Shown: positions 18,815 to 28,163 of the stretch, in pieces
Position numbering within the stretch: position 1 is the first letter of the stretch
Layout: each line of letters begins with the position of its first letter
Origin: a plasmid
Sequence record: CP080654.1
Strand: one strand, 5' to 3'
Length of the DNA: 64,000 bases
Program-made: the position numbers and the translations under genes
Notes under the pieces: generated by a model
Database searches by the model: none
Told to the model about the DNA's origin: nothing
The model's input: only the letters and a program-made list of their open reading frames with translations

Positions 18815-20181
18815 TACAGATTCCCCCCAAAATGATAGTTATTCTGGTAGCGGGTCATCATGCGGGCAGAGACCTGCTGGCGCATGTAACTCATTTGCCT
18901 GTCAACCACAAGCAAGGCGTCCTGCTGAACCTGAACACGGGACTGAAAAGCGGCAATCTGGACACTCGCCTGATTGAGGTTTTCCATGATCATATCCATT
19001 GTCGACTGGGGATAATTACCGGTTGAAATCATCGCCCGGGCCTGCTGGATAAGTTCCTGAATGTACTGCAGCAGGATGTCGTAGCCGATATAGTCCGTCA
19101 GCTGGTAAATAAGTGAGTTAGACACCCCGAGCATCTGCGGATCGACCAGGTATTTGAATACCGGAATGGTGGTGCTGGAGATAAACCCTTTCTCCTGATC
19201 CGTCAGTTTTTCATCAGCCACTGCTTTATTCTGGATACTGCTTAACAAAGCGGAAATCTGGCTTTTTAGCGCTTTACTGGAAGTGATGGTCACGGTCGCA
19301 TCAGCAACGACCTTAAGACACTTATCCGAATCATTGCAGTGGTAGATTTTAGCCGTGCCGCCCTCCATCATGGCTCTAATCAGATCCTGGTCAGTGGTGC
19401 GTGCCGGCAGCGGCGTGATTTCACTGTTCTCCCCGAAAATCAGCGTACCGGTGAGCGTCATGATGAATTCCTTCAGCTCCTTATTGCCGTCGAAGAGCCG
19501 GTTCTTCGATAAGGCATTCCACATGATGTTGATGTTTTTCATCACACGTTCTTTGTCTTTATCGCTGGCCTTATCCTGGACGCTGTCCATCTTGCCGCCC
19601 ACCGTACAACCCTGGCGCGACGCGGCCCAGTCCGAAAAGATATTGCTTTCACCGGCAATGTCCTGGCAGACCTTTTGTTGAGCGACCTGGGTACGAGGAA
19701 ACAGGCCACCCACAATTCCCTGAGCAGCCTGGCAGGAACTGAGGTTCATGCTGTTCATGTCAGTGGCCATCTTTTGAAGGAAGTCCTTTGCGGTTTTAAT
19801 CTCCGGTACCGTGGTTTGCAAAGCGAGATCAAAAAAGTACCCCGCGGCGTTGCTCATGATTTGTTTTGCGAACCTCTGCAGCTGCTCGCTGTTGATATAG
19901 CTGAATGACCCCAGATAGGCATCAATCCCTCCGCAGCCGGCATTAATATCAGGGAGCGTCATGCTGACCAGCTGGATCGTTTTCACCTGCGTTCTGGCAT
20001 ACAGCGAACCGCCGGAGGCGTAACCCGCAGCCTGTCCCTGCCAGACCTGCGGCTGGCTGGTATTGGACGCAAAGCCCAGCTTATTGAAGAAGTTGTTCAT
20101 ATCGCCATTCACGTCGGCGGCGGCGCTAAATGACAGGCCAAGCACGGCACCGCAGAAGAGTGACAGAAGTTTAATTCGCAT
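18814..20181 (-). CDS. traH: TraH pilus-assembly protein (periplasmic).
   Basis: Signal peptide, then AADVNGDMNNFFNKLGFASNTSQPQVWQGQAAGYASGGSLYART, close to F TraH. The start was chosen at an internal M (MRIKLL). Confidence 0.9.
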   Translation of the reverse strand: MRIKLLSLFCGAVLGLSFSAAADVNGDMNNFFNKLGFASNTSQPQVWQGQAAGYASGGSLYARTQVKTIQLVSMTLPDINAGCGGIDAYLGSFSYINSEQLQRFAKQIMSNAAGYFFDLALQTTVPEIKTAKDFLQKMATDMNSMNLSSCQAAQGIVGGLFPRTQVAQQKVCQDIAGESNIFSDWAASRQGCTVGGKMDSVQDKASDKDKERVMKNINIMWNALSKNRLFDGNKELKEFIMTLTGTLIFGENSEITPLPARTTDQDLIRAMMEGGTAKIYHCNDSDKCLKVVADATVTITSSKALKSQISALLSSIQNKAVADEKLTDQEKGFISSTTIPVFKYLVDPQMLGVSNSLIYQLTDYIGYDILLQYIQELIQQARAMISTGNYPQSTMDMIMENLNQASVQIAAFQSRVQVQQDALLVVDRQMSYMRQQVSARMMTRYQNNYHFGGNL

Positions 20182-20614
20182 CCAGTCCTCCATTACGCAC
20201 AGCATTCTTTTTAACTCTGTCATTTCTCAGAATAAAAAGGGTCTTAAGGTGATAACTGAAAAAATTGCGGATTGCTAATGTCACTCCGGCAACAAAGAAC
20301 CCCACCCCAACAGCGATCAGCGCATAAGGGATGGCGTACATCATAATATTCCACAGGTCTTTTACTCGCAGGTCACCGCTGGCTATCCAGTCATCCACGC
20401 AGAGATTAAATAAAAATCTCATTATCCATAACAGCAGAGCACCTGCAGTGAGAAACACAATGAATAATTCCAGATAGATTTCCAGACGCCTTTCCCGGTG
20501 GATAAATTCCGGCTTCAGTTGTTCTATTTTTTCTGCTGCTGTCTGCCCGGAGTCCTTTAAACTGGCTGGAAATAAAAACGCATACAGTCCCGTCGAACGT
20601 ATATATTTGTTCAT
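20171..20614 (-). CDS. TrbF/TrbJ-like small inner-membrane Tra protein.
   Basis: 147 aa with 3 predicted TM segments. It sits in the trbJ/trbF slot immediately upstream of traH. Confidence 0.5.
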   Translation of the reverse strand: MNKYIRSTGLYAFLFPASLKDSGQTAAEKIEQLKPEFIHRERRLEIYLELFIVFLTAGALLLWIMRFLFNLCVDDWIASGDLRVKDLWNIMMYAIPYALIAVGVGFFVAGVTLAIRNFFSYHLKTLFILRNDRVKKNAVRNGGLDAN

Positions 20615-20659
20615 GGCTATTTTCCTTAATCACTTGCTAAGACCGGATATAACAGAGAC

Positions 20660-21202
20660 TCAGTGCATCATCTGAAATACCGTATCCACTCTGGCCATAA
20701 AGCCCTGTGCATCCGTGGCGCCCTGCAGGATTGGGTACGCTGCCAGCGTGTTTACGTTCACCAGAAACGTAGTCGGCGTGGCCACCGGGATATTGGGGAA
20801 AAAGGTCTGCATCACGTCAGGAGGCGCCGGCAGCGCTTCCGGAAACGCGTCATCACCCTGTCCGTCAATGGTGTAAGAGAACACGGAGAAGCCATACTGT
20901 CCGGCCAGCTGCTTCAGCACCGGGTCAAACTTATGACAGTAGGGACAGTGTCCCTGCATGAACAGCACCACTTTCCAGTCGCGCAGGTCCACCTGCTTTC
21001 CGTTGCTGAGTCGTAACCAGCGTGGCTGAGATGCCCCGCTCACCGCCTGGGGAGTGTCGCTCTGCGGGGAGGCCGTTTCAGTACCGGAGATTCCCCGCGG
21101 ATCCCAGAGCGACTTCACCTCATCGAGCGTTCCCGCATGTGCCATCCCGGCCAGAGCAAGGGAAAGAGCCAGTGCCGCCAGCGGCGTCTTAGCGAGGTTC
21201 AT
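20660..21202 (-). CDS. trbB: TrbB periplasmic thiol-disulfide isomerase (thioredoxin-like).
   Basis: Signal peptide MNLAKTPLAALALSLALAGMAHA. CxxC motif GHCPYCHKFDP. Confidence 0.85.
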   Translation of the reverse strand: MNLAKTPLAALALSLALAGMAHAGTLDEVKSLWDPRGISGTETASPQSDTPQAVSGASQPRWLRLSNGKQVDLRDWKVVLFMQGHCPYCHKFDPVLKQLAGQYGFSVFSYTIDGQGDDAFPEALPAPPDVMQTFFPNIPVATPTTFLVNVNTLAAYPILQGATDAQGFMARVDTVFQMMH

Positions 21203-21470
21203 CAGGCTGTTTTTCACAGGCTTTCTCCTCTTTTTCGGCTTCAGCAATCAGGGCGTTTAGAATGCGGTATCCCCCGAACACCACCATACCCAGCCCGAAG
21301 ATTTCCCCGGCCTGGACGGCCAGCTCAGGCTGTTTTCTGACAAGCCGGGCTATCAGGTGGAAAAACACGCCCACGGCCAGCACCCACATCCCGGTGATAT
21401 CTAAATCCGGAAAACGAATATTTCGCATGACACACTCCTTAGAAATTCGGTTTAAAGTCGCTGGAGACAT
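21189..21470 (-). CDS. traQ: TraQ pilin chaperone (inner membrane).
   Basis: 93 aa with TM WVLAVGVFFHLIARLV. Size and position match F TraQ. Confidence 0.65.
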   Translation of the reverse strand: MSPATLNRISKECVMRNIRFPDLDITGMWVLAVGVFFHLIARLVRKQPELAVQAGEIFGLGMVVFGGYRILNALIAEAEKEEKACEKQPDEPR

Positions 21471-22191
21471 AGAGGAACTGTTTCGCCAGGTCGTCCTGAC
21501 TGATAAAGCCGTAACTGAGAGGCTTCACCTGGCCACTTTTCGGGTTAACCAGCATCATCGCGGGGAAGAACTTCACGCCAAGCTGCTCTGCCTGGCCCTG
21601 GTCCGTCCGGCTGTCGGGCAGCATGGGGTTAATCACTCCGTCAACCGACACCGGTATCACGCTCAGGCCATAGGTTTCGCGAAAATTTTTAATCACCTGG
21701 ACCAGCTGGCCATCGATCGCTTCCCGGCCCCGGTAGAAGAACATCACGCCGTAGTGCTGTGCGAGGGTGGAGATAGCCTGTCGCTGTTCGGCATAGTCGG
21801 CAGCGAGCTGGTTTTTTACCGTGCCGTTGTAGTGGCTGTACTGCAGGTTGTAATCGAGTTCGGGGTTTTCCAGCATGGCTTTCTTCGCACTCATCGAGAA
21901 CAAACCTGCCTGCTGCGTCCAGTAGTTCTGCAGCCGGAAATACTTCACGAAGTTTTCAGACGATGGATACAGAATGGCTTCGTACAACGACCGTTTGGTG
22001 GCCGCCTGGAGTGTGGCGAGTTTCTCCAGAATATCCATTTGCGGCGGTGGTGCCGCTGGTACGGCTTTCCTGTCCTCATCACGGGGCTTCAGTTTCTCGT
22101 TGTACCACTGCCAGCCCGCGTCTTTGGCGAAAGCCGGCATCAGGGCGCAGCAAAGGCACCCCGCCAGCATGGCGGCATGTATTGTTCGCAT
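21439..22191 (-). CDS. traF: TraF pilus-assembly protein (thioredoxin fold, no CxxC).
   Basis: 250 aa with a signal peptide. Sequence and position fit between trbE-like and traQ. Confidence 0.85.
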   Translation of the reverse strand: MRTIHAAMLAGCLCCALMPAFAKDAGWQWYNEKLKPRDEDRKAVPAAPPPQMDILEKLATLQAATKRSLYEAILYPSSENFVKYFRLQNYWTQQAGLFSMSAKKAMLENPELDYNLQYSHYNGTVKNQLAADYAEQRQAISTLAQHYGVMFFYRGREAIDGQLVQVIKNFRETYGLSVIPVSVDGVINPMLPDSRTDQGQAEQLGVKFFPAMMLVNPKSGQVKPLSYGFISQDDLAKQFLYVSSDFKPNF

Positions 22192-22211
22192 GGCAAATAC
22201 CCTTTTATGAA

Positions 22212-22538
22212 TTAATGCGACTGGCGTGACAGATGCTGATAGACACTGTATTTATCGAGCTGGCGCTGTACCTTTCCTGCATCATCACGGGCTTCAAAGC
22301 GATAACCGCTGCAGTACAGAGGCAGATAATTTATCTGAAGGTCCACCCGCTCCCCGTCCCTGATCACCCACGCGGCCTGAGAAACAGTGTCGCACTGGAT
22401 CCCCCAGGCCCGGTTGGTTGTCATAAATGCGTTAACCTGCCTGTCCCGCCACAGGCTGTACGACATAATGCTGACCAGGAGAAAGACAAACACCCCGACA
22501 AACACCATGACCAGCCCGTATGCTTTTTTCTCTTCCAT
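22212..22538 (-). CDS. Hypothetical small membrane protein (108 aa).
   Basis: N-terminal TM LVMVFVGVFVFLLVSIMSY. Confidence 0.4.
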   Translation of the reverse strand: MEEKKAYGLVMVFVGVFVFLLVSIMSYSLWRDRQVNAFMTTNRAWGIQCDTVSQAAWVIRDGERVDLQINYLPLYCSGYRFEARDDAGKVQRQLDKYSVYQHLSRQSH

Positions 22539-22550
22539 TGACTCTCCTGG

Positions 22551-22817
22551 TCACATAATAAGGAATAGCGGCATGCTCAGTACTGAAGATATAAAAGCCT
22601 GCCGGTCCGCTGGCAGTTTCTGGAAAGCAGGTGAGTACTGAGCGGCCATCTGAACCAGTTCGGACGAGTTAATCAGGAACCTGTCTGTATGCAGAGAGAT
22701 ATCCGCAAGAACAGCCAGCACCATAACATGATGCTCCTGGGGTAAATTCTCTTCATTCAGAATGTCTATAAATTTCTCAATCGTGATATATCGATTCATC
22801 TTTGCTTTTCCTTGCAT
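22551..22817 (-). CDS. Hypothetical protein (88 aa).
   Basis: ORF between traN and traF. No motif. Confidence 0.35.
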   Translation of the reverse strand: MQGKAKMNRYITIEKFIDILNEENLPQEHHVMVLAVLADISLHTDRFLINSSELVQMAAQYSPAFQKLPADRQAFISSVLSMPLFLIM

Positions 22818-23031
22818 TTATAACTTTCTCCAGGACTGAGAAAAACAAATAACACACAGACATGGCAAACCCAGCCATAAGAATAAAGACCACACTTTCG
22901 ACATAATCACTTCCCGACGTCCCTTTGACGGCATCCCAGGAGAAATAAATCACCGGAGAAATAATGATTATTGTTAGCGTTAATCTCAGGACAAAATCAA
23001 TAACAGGCTTTTTGTGAAAACTCATTTTCAT
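22777..23031 (-). CDS. TrbE-like small membrane protein.
   Basis: 84 aa, 2 TM. It sits in the trbE position immediately downstream of traN. Confidence 0.45.
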   Translation of the reverse strand: MKMSFHKKPVIDFVLRLTLTIIIISPVIYFSWDAVKGTSGSDYVESVVFILMAGFAMSVCYLFFSVLEKVINARKSKDESIYHD

Positions 23032-23062
23032 GATTATCGGTCTCTTTATTAGGCAGCATGGT

Positions 23063-25018
23063 TTATTGCGCGGATTGCTGACTCATGATTTCCTTAATTC
23101 GTTCTCTGGTCTTATTGGTGAGCACATCGTTTTCCGGTATTTTTTGATTTTTCATCAGGTCGTCCATAAAGTTGGTGAAATCCAGCTTGTTAAAATCAAT
23201 CCCCTGGAGTTCCGCGACGGTAATGCCCCGACAGTCAGGACTGCTGGCGCCGCCAAAACCGATATGCAGCTGACCGTTTCTTCCCTGCTGCTGAACGATC
23301 TGCGCCAGTTTTGAGTCGAACTGGCAATAGCTCCTTTTTTTCTCCAGGCAAATCCCCAGAACCTTTTTAGAGCAGAATTCCCCTATACTGACCGTCAGCT
23401 TGTCTTTTTTCGCTTTGGCCAGCGCCTTTTCCTCGCTGCTGCAGCGTGCCAGCCCCACATCCTGGCCCCAGCCGCTGTCTTTGCAGCAGTTACTGAAGCC
23501 GGCAGCAAACTTCTTACAGAACTTCGCTTTTCCGGTGAATGCCCGGACATCCACCCCGTTCAGTGCCGCGACGTCCTTCCCCGCGGCAGCCAGTGCCGCC
23601 AGCTCAGACACCGCCTGCCCAAAGTCGTTGCTCTTCCCGGACGTGGCTTTGTCACATTCACCATCAAGGCAGAAGACATCACCGCCGCAGATCATTTGCT
23701 TGCCACTCGTCCTGGTTTCGCAGGAATACGTTGCATATTCATGCAGGCACGTGCCTTCCTCGCTGGAGAAGGCGCACTGGCGGGATGACAGAGTACAGGC
23801 CGTATTTTTCATCAGGCTTTCACAGGAGCCGTTGTCCGCCGGCTGCGTGAGCCAGGTATCCTTATATTTCCAGCAGGCCTCCGTGAACGAGTAATCCCTG
23901 CCTCCGAGGGTGATGGTTCGCGTTCCTCCCGGACTGATACATTCCTCGCCCGTTTTTTTTCCTTCATCCTTACTGAACGGACAGCTTTCAACCCAGACGA
24001 CTTCAGGTGCATAGACGGTTTCGGTTTCTTCCATCACCAGGGTGACCGTGACCTGTACGGGTTTCTGGCTGGCCGATGATACGGTCCGTGATGTTTTGCT
24101 TACTGAAAAGTTCTGCCCAGCAGTGACCGCTTTGTCCACACCAAACGACTGATGAATCTTCCCCTTCCCGTCATAGGTATATTTCGTACAATGCGTGTTC
24201 TGACCGCCTGAACACATCGATTCTGAACGTGGCCAGTTGATCACATCAATGGGGAACGTTCGTTCAAAGAGGGTCAGGCTTTCACTCACTGCACTCTTGC
24301 AGCTATCCCGCACCTTCCCTTCGGAATCGCATTCTTCAATCCAGGGGATCACCAGAGGCTCACCATCCACCGAGGCATTCAGCAGACGACCGTTGGTCGG
24401 GATCGTCAGGTTGCCACTCCATTGCCGGGTACTCCGGGCATAATTCAGCGTCACCACCTGCTGATAGGTTCGGTTAACTTTCTGTGTGGTGGCGTTATCC
24501 TTCAGGGTCGCTTCCCGTGTGCAAAAATTTTCCACCTGCAGATCACGTTCGCAGGTATGGTTTGTGAACTCACTGCGGTTCACAACCTGGGCGGTACAGG
24601 ACTGTCCGGTATCGCCGACAATGCTGTCGGCACGGGATTCTGTATCCTTTGCGGCCTGAATAAACGGCGCATCCTGAGATATCTGATCCGGTGGCCGGTT
24701 CGTGAACGACTCCGTAATCGCTTTGCCGGTATCTCCCTGGCTGAACTCCAGGGCTGAATCGCTTTTCAGAGAGCTGTCTCCGCTGGCAGTGACGCCGCCA
24801 TAGTATTTTGTCTGATCAGGGCTGTCGGTATACCCCGGCAGGTTTTGCTCACCACTGAAATTTTTCAGTGAGTTCAGACCATTGCCCTGCACCTGTTTCG
24901 CAAAATCCGAACCAGCTTTATAGTCGCTTCCTCTGTCAGCACAGGCTGGGGATGCCAGCCAGATAAAGGCGCTCAGGACAAAAAAATGCGCAGTCAGCAC
25001 GGAAATAACCGTCTTCAT
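23063..25018 (-). CDS. traN: TraN outer-membrane mating-pair stabilisation protein (Cys-rich).
   Basis: 651 aa with a signal peptide and a very cysteine-rich C-terminal half (CGGDVFCLDGECDK...CCKDSGWGQD...). Confidence 0.9.
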   Translation of the reverse strand: MKTVISVLTAHFFVLSAFIWLASPACADRGSDYKAGSDFAKQVQGNGLNSLKNFSGEQNLPGYTDSPDQTKYYGGVTASGDSSLKSDSALEFSQGDTGKAITESFTNRPPDQISQDAPFIQAAKDTESRADSIVGDTGQSCTAQVVNRSEFTNHTCERDLQVENFCTREATLKDNATTQKVNRTYQQVVTLNYARSTRQWSGNLTIPTNGRLLNASVDGEPLVIPWIEECDSEGKVRDSCKSAVSESLTLFERTFPIDVINWPRSESMCSGGQNTHCTKYTYDGKGKIHQSFGVDKAVTAGQNFSVSKTSRTVSSASQKPVQVTVTLVMEETETVYAPEVVWVESCPFSKDEGKKTGEECISPGGTRTITLGGRDYSFTEACWKYKDTWLTQPADNGSCESLMKNTACTLSSRQCAFSSEEGTCLHEYATYSCETRTSGKQMICGGDVFCLDGECDKATSGKSNDFGQAVSELAALAAAGKDVAALNGVDVRAFTGKAKFCKKFAAGFSNCCKDSGWGQDVGLARCSSEEKALAKAKKDKLTVSIGEFCSKKVLGICLEKKRSYCQFDSKLAQIVQQQGRNGQLHIGFGGASSPDCRGITVAELQGIDFNKLDFTNFMDDLMKNQKIPENDVLTNKTRERIKEIMSQQSAQ

Positions 25019-25076
25019 TTCTGCCCTCCCTCATCCCTCACCATTTCCGGTAACGCTATGAAGTACGGTCTGTCTT

Positions 25077-25715
25077 TCATGGCTGGCTCCCGGCGGCATT
25101 CGAGGGCGCATCAAGCATCTGCCGGGCCACCTGTGCGCAGTCACCGGTTTGTGCCACTTTCTCCAGCGCCTGTTTGACGTGAATGTTACCGCGTACCACG
25201 TCATATCCGGCCTGACACCGTACCACCAGAGACGGCACACTCCGGATGCTGTACTGCGTGTACAGTGTCGGGTCGATCTGCACGCCGTCGGTCACGCCAT
25301 CCTTCACCAGCTGCAGCACCGCGTCAGTGGTGGTCTTCATGTCGTTATTGACGAGCCCACGCAGTGTCGCCGGAATGCCGTACTGCCGGGTTTCGTGCAG
25401 CATCCGCTTCAGCCCCTCTTCAGGTATCGAGAAGGAGACAAAGTACAGCGCCCCTTCTGCCGGCTTTTCCTGATTCGCCGCTTTCTGCTGGCTGACCAGA
25501 TTATCGATAAACTGGCGGTCTGATTTGGGCAGAGGATTACGGTTGATTTGCGCCTCAAGCTCCTGCTGCAGCTGTTTATCCGGATGCTGGCGCAGCTGTT
25601 CGCTGAGGGTCTCCTGCTGCTTCAGCCATTCTCTGTCTGTAACAGAGGAGGTTTCAGCCAACACCGCTCGTCCGGTCAGCAAAAGCATGACCATAAACAG
25701 ATTCATTAATTTCAT
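25077..25715 (-). CDS. trbC: TrbC periplasmic pilus-assembly protein.
   Basis: 212 aa with a signal peptide. It sits between traU and traN as in F. Confidence 0.8.
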   Translation of the reverse strand: MKLMNLFMVMLLLTGRAVLAETSSVTDREWLKQQETLSEQLRQHPDKQLQQELEAQINRNPLPKSDRQFIDNLVSQQKAANQEKPAEGALYFVSFSIPEEGLKRMLHETRQYGIPATLRGLVNNDMKTTTDAVLQLVKDGVTDGVQIDPTLYTQYSIRSVPSLVVRCQAGYDVVRGNIHVKQALEKVAQTGDCAQVARQMLDAPSNAAGSQP

Positions 25716-25727
25716 GAGAGACTCCTG

Positions 25728-26717
25728 TCAGAGAAAGACACAATTGCGTTTACGCCACATCAGATAGCCATAGTTCTTACGGGTGTTGGGTGGATTTTTA
25801 CCGGCCTCCCAGCGCATCACGCTGCGCCCCACGGGATGGCATTGGCCGCTGTCCGGGTACATGTTCACCATCTGATAGCGCCAGCGCTCTTTGGGGATGA
25901 TCGGGGACGGATACTCATAGCAGACCGCCTTGTCCTTCCCGATGCTCTCCATAATTTGTCCCTGCCGGTGAAGCTTGTACGCCATGCGCTCGCTGACAAG
26001 TAACGAGGACTGCAGCGGACTGGACTCGTTGCTTACCCAGCCGCTAAACGGGTACATCGAACCCTGAGAGCCGGCACACCAGAACAGAATATCGAGTGGC
26101 ATATGAAACGCGCTGGCCATAGCGTCAGCCGCGCACGCCCCCTGTGCGATGGGGTTGGCAAACAGGATGGCTTCCGGATTCAGAATGGTGGTGAGGCTGC
26201 TGTCCACCCAGGTCGGGTCAATCTCGGACAGATAGGCTATATCCATGTCTCCGCCTTCCAGACACCCTGCCGAAGTGATGATGTTCAGCCAGTACGTCAG
26301 CGGGTACTTGTACCAGTGAACGTGATAGAAGGCGCCGTTCACCTGCTTATCGTCCTTTCTCGCGGTCCCCATGCCGGTCTTGCCGAGATTGATACTGAAG
26401 CCCCCCAGATTGACCATACAGCCTGGCGAACGGCTGACGTCCGTCATGGCCATCGGTTCCCAGTACCCGATGGCCAGGCCGGGACGAACAAAAAGCGGTG
26501 GCGGCGCCGGACACAGCTGCAGGGGACTACCCGGATTGCTGGTATCAGGCAGATCGCCTTTACCAACCTGCACGCTGCCGAGTGATAAAGGAAATATGCA
26601 GCGCCAGCACACATCGGTGATCGGGTTGACGAATCGACCTTCACACGACGGATCTGCATGTACCTGAGGGACTAACGAAAAAAACAGGAGGATAAACAAA
26701 AATGATATTTTTCTCAT
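25728..26717 (-). CDS. traU: TraU.
   Basis: 329 aa with a signal peptide. The order is F-like. Confidence 0.85.
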   Translation of the reverse strand: MRKISFLFILLFFSLVPQVHADPSCEGRFVNPITDVCWRCIFPLSLGSVQVGKGDLPDTSNPGSPLQLCPAPPPLFVRPGLAIGYWEPMAMTDVSRSPGCMVNLGGFSINLGKTGMGTARKDDKQVNGAFYHVHWYKYPLTYWLNIITSAGCLEGGDMDIAYLSEIDPTWVDSSLTTILNPEAILFANPIAQGACAADAMASAFHMPLDILFWCAGSQGSMYPFSGWVSNESSPLQSSLLVSERMAYKLHRQGQIMESIGKDKAVCYEYPSPIIPKERWRYQMVNMYPDSGQCHPVGRSVMRWEAGKNPPNTRKNYGYLMWRKRNCVFL

Positions 26718-27148
26718 TGATTATCCCTTCCCCTGAATTTTTCCCAGATGTTGTTTACACCATCGATTATTTCTTTCTGCTTTTTTAAATCCTGTCCCTT
26801 AGCGAACTCCTTCAGCACACTGGAAATAAACTCCAGCCTGTAAACCTTACGCCAGAACGAGTCCTCATCATGTGGTTTTAAAAGAAAAAGCTCATCCAAA
26901 TCCTTTTCCATATCGCTGATGAGATACTTTGCTTTTCCTTCAACATACCGACAATACCGCCCCTTCTGTATTTCATAATCGTCAATTCTTTCTTTCAGAA
27001 GTCTTTCACATTCACGTCGGTGGTTAATTTCTTTATTTTGTCGAACCACCGTAAGCCACTGAACAACAATTAATGCTGCGAGAGCAATCTCGGTAATAGT
27101 CATATAATCACCTGACAAATAATCGTAATTCGGAATCGTACGGGTCAA
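26714..27148 (-). CDS. Hypothetical N-terminally anchored protein inserted between traW and traU.
   Basis: 144 aa, AT-rich. TM ITEIALAALIVVQWLTVV is followed by a charged soluble domain. There is no F equivalent, since traW and traU are adjacent in F. Confidence 0.4.
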   Translation of the reverse strand: MTRTIPNYDYLSGDYMTITEIALAALIVVQWLTVVRQNKEINHRRECERLLKERIDDYEIQKGRYCRYVEGKAKYLISDMEKDLDELFLLKPHDEDSFWRKVYRLEFISSVLKEFAKGQDLKKQKEIIDGVNNIWEKFRGRDNQ

Positions 27149-27771
27149 CGGACGGGAAACACCTCAATATTCAGCCGTTCACCGGAGGGCGCCGGCGTGA
27201 TCCGCGCCGGGACCGCCGTCAGGCCAAATCGCTTGCTCAGTACACCGTTCTGGTCGAAATAGATCCGGCTGTCCAGCGCTGCGGAGGTGTCCGGGATACT
27301 GCCACGCACCAGGATAATTTTGCTCATCAGGGTTTCCGGCACCTGACGCTTCATCCAGGCCAGCTGGTCGGCATCGTCTCCATTGATGAAGTACAGGGTC
27401 TGGACAAACGGTACGGTTTTAAGCGGGTTCACCACATCGCCCTTGCGGGCAAACACCCGCCCCTCATTGTCCTTCAGGTCTTCGGTCAGGCGGATGCTGG
27501 GATCAAACCAGCGCTGCTCGTATTTCTCCGCACGCTTAATGCCCTCCACCGGTGCCGGACGCTGACTGTTCTCGATAACCCGCTGCTTAAACGCATCCAT
27601 CGTCTGGTCCCACTGGCCAGAAGATTGCAGCGACTGCAGACGCTGCGTGATGAGCTGCAGCATGTCCTGCTCCCGGACGGGCCATAAATCCCCCCAGGTA
27701 CCGAGATCAGCCGCCTGAGTCAGCGGCGATAGCAGACAGGCGGCGAGCAGACAGCCTTTCAGTCGTAACAT
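27145..27771 (-). CDS. traW: TraW.
   Basis: 208 aa with a signal peptide. Position trbI-traW-traU. Confidence 0.85.
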   Translation of the reverse strand: MLRLKGCLLAACLLSPLTQAADLGTWGDLWPVREQDMLQLITQRLQSLQSSGQWDQTMDAFKQRVIENSQRPAPVEGIKRAEKYEQRWFDPSIRLTEDLKDNEGRVFARKGDVVNPLKTVPFVQTLYFINGDDADQLAWMKRQVPETLMSKIILVRGSIPDTSAALDSRIYFDQNGVLSKRFGLTAVPARITPAPSGERLNIEVFPVR

Positions 27772-28163
27772 TACTGTTCTCCTTTCATGCGGCGGGCAAT
27801 GTCGTGCTGGATGTTGCGGGTCACATCGGGCGCGCCCTGAACCACGGCAGGTGAAACCAGAATGACCACATGATGCTGCTGCTGATACTCCGCCAGACTC
27901 TTCTCCAGCGCGTCGTTAAACCGGTCAGAGAGCGCTTTTGACTGCGCTTCTGTCAGCTGCTTCTGACTGACACTGTCCATAAAGCTGTCGAGCGTCTTCT
28001 TCATATCAAAAGCCACCACCCGCGGCGTGGAGTACTCCAGAACCACGCGCGAGAGAAACGCGCTGGTTGCCAGGGCGAAAAACACGAGAGCAACGATGAC
28101 GGGTATCCGGCGAAAGGGATGAGAGGTCGTACTGACCGGTTGTTCGGTGTTGTTTTTCATCAC
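27771..28163 (-). CDS. trbI: TrbI.
   Basis: 130 aa with an N-terminal TM. It is immediately downstream of traC, overlapping by 4 nt. Confidence 0.8.
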   Translation of the reverse strand: MMKNNTEQPVSTTSHPFRRIPVIVALVFFALATSAFLSRVVLEYSTPRVVAFDMKKTLDSFMDSVSQKQLTEAQSKALSDRFNDALEKSLAEYQQQHHVVILVSPAVVQGAPDVTRNIQHDIARRMKGEQ

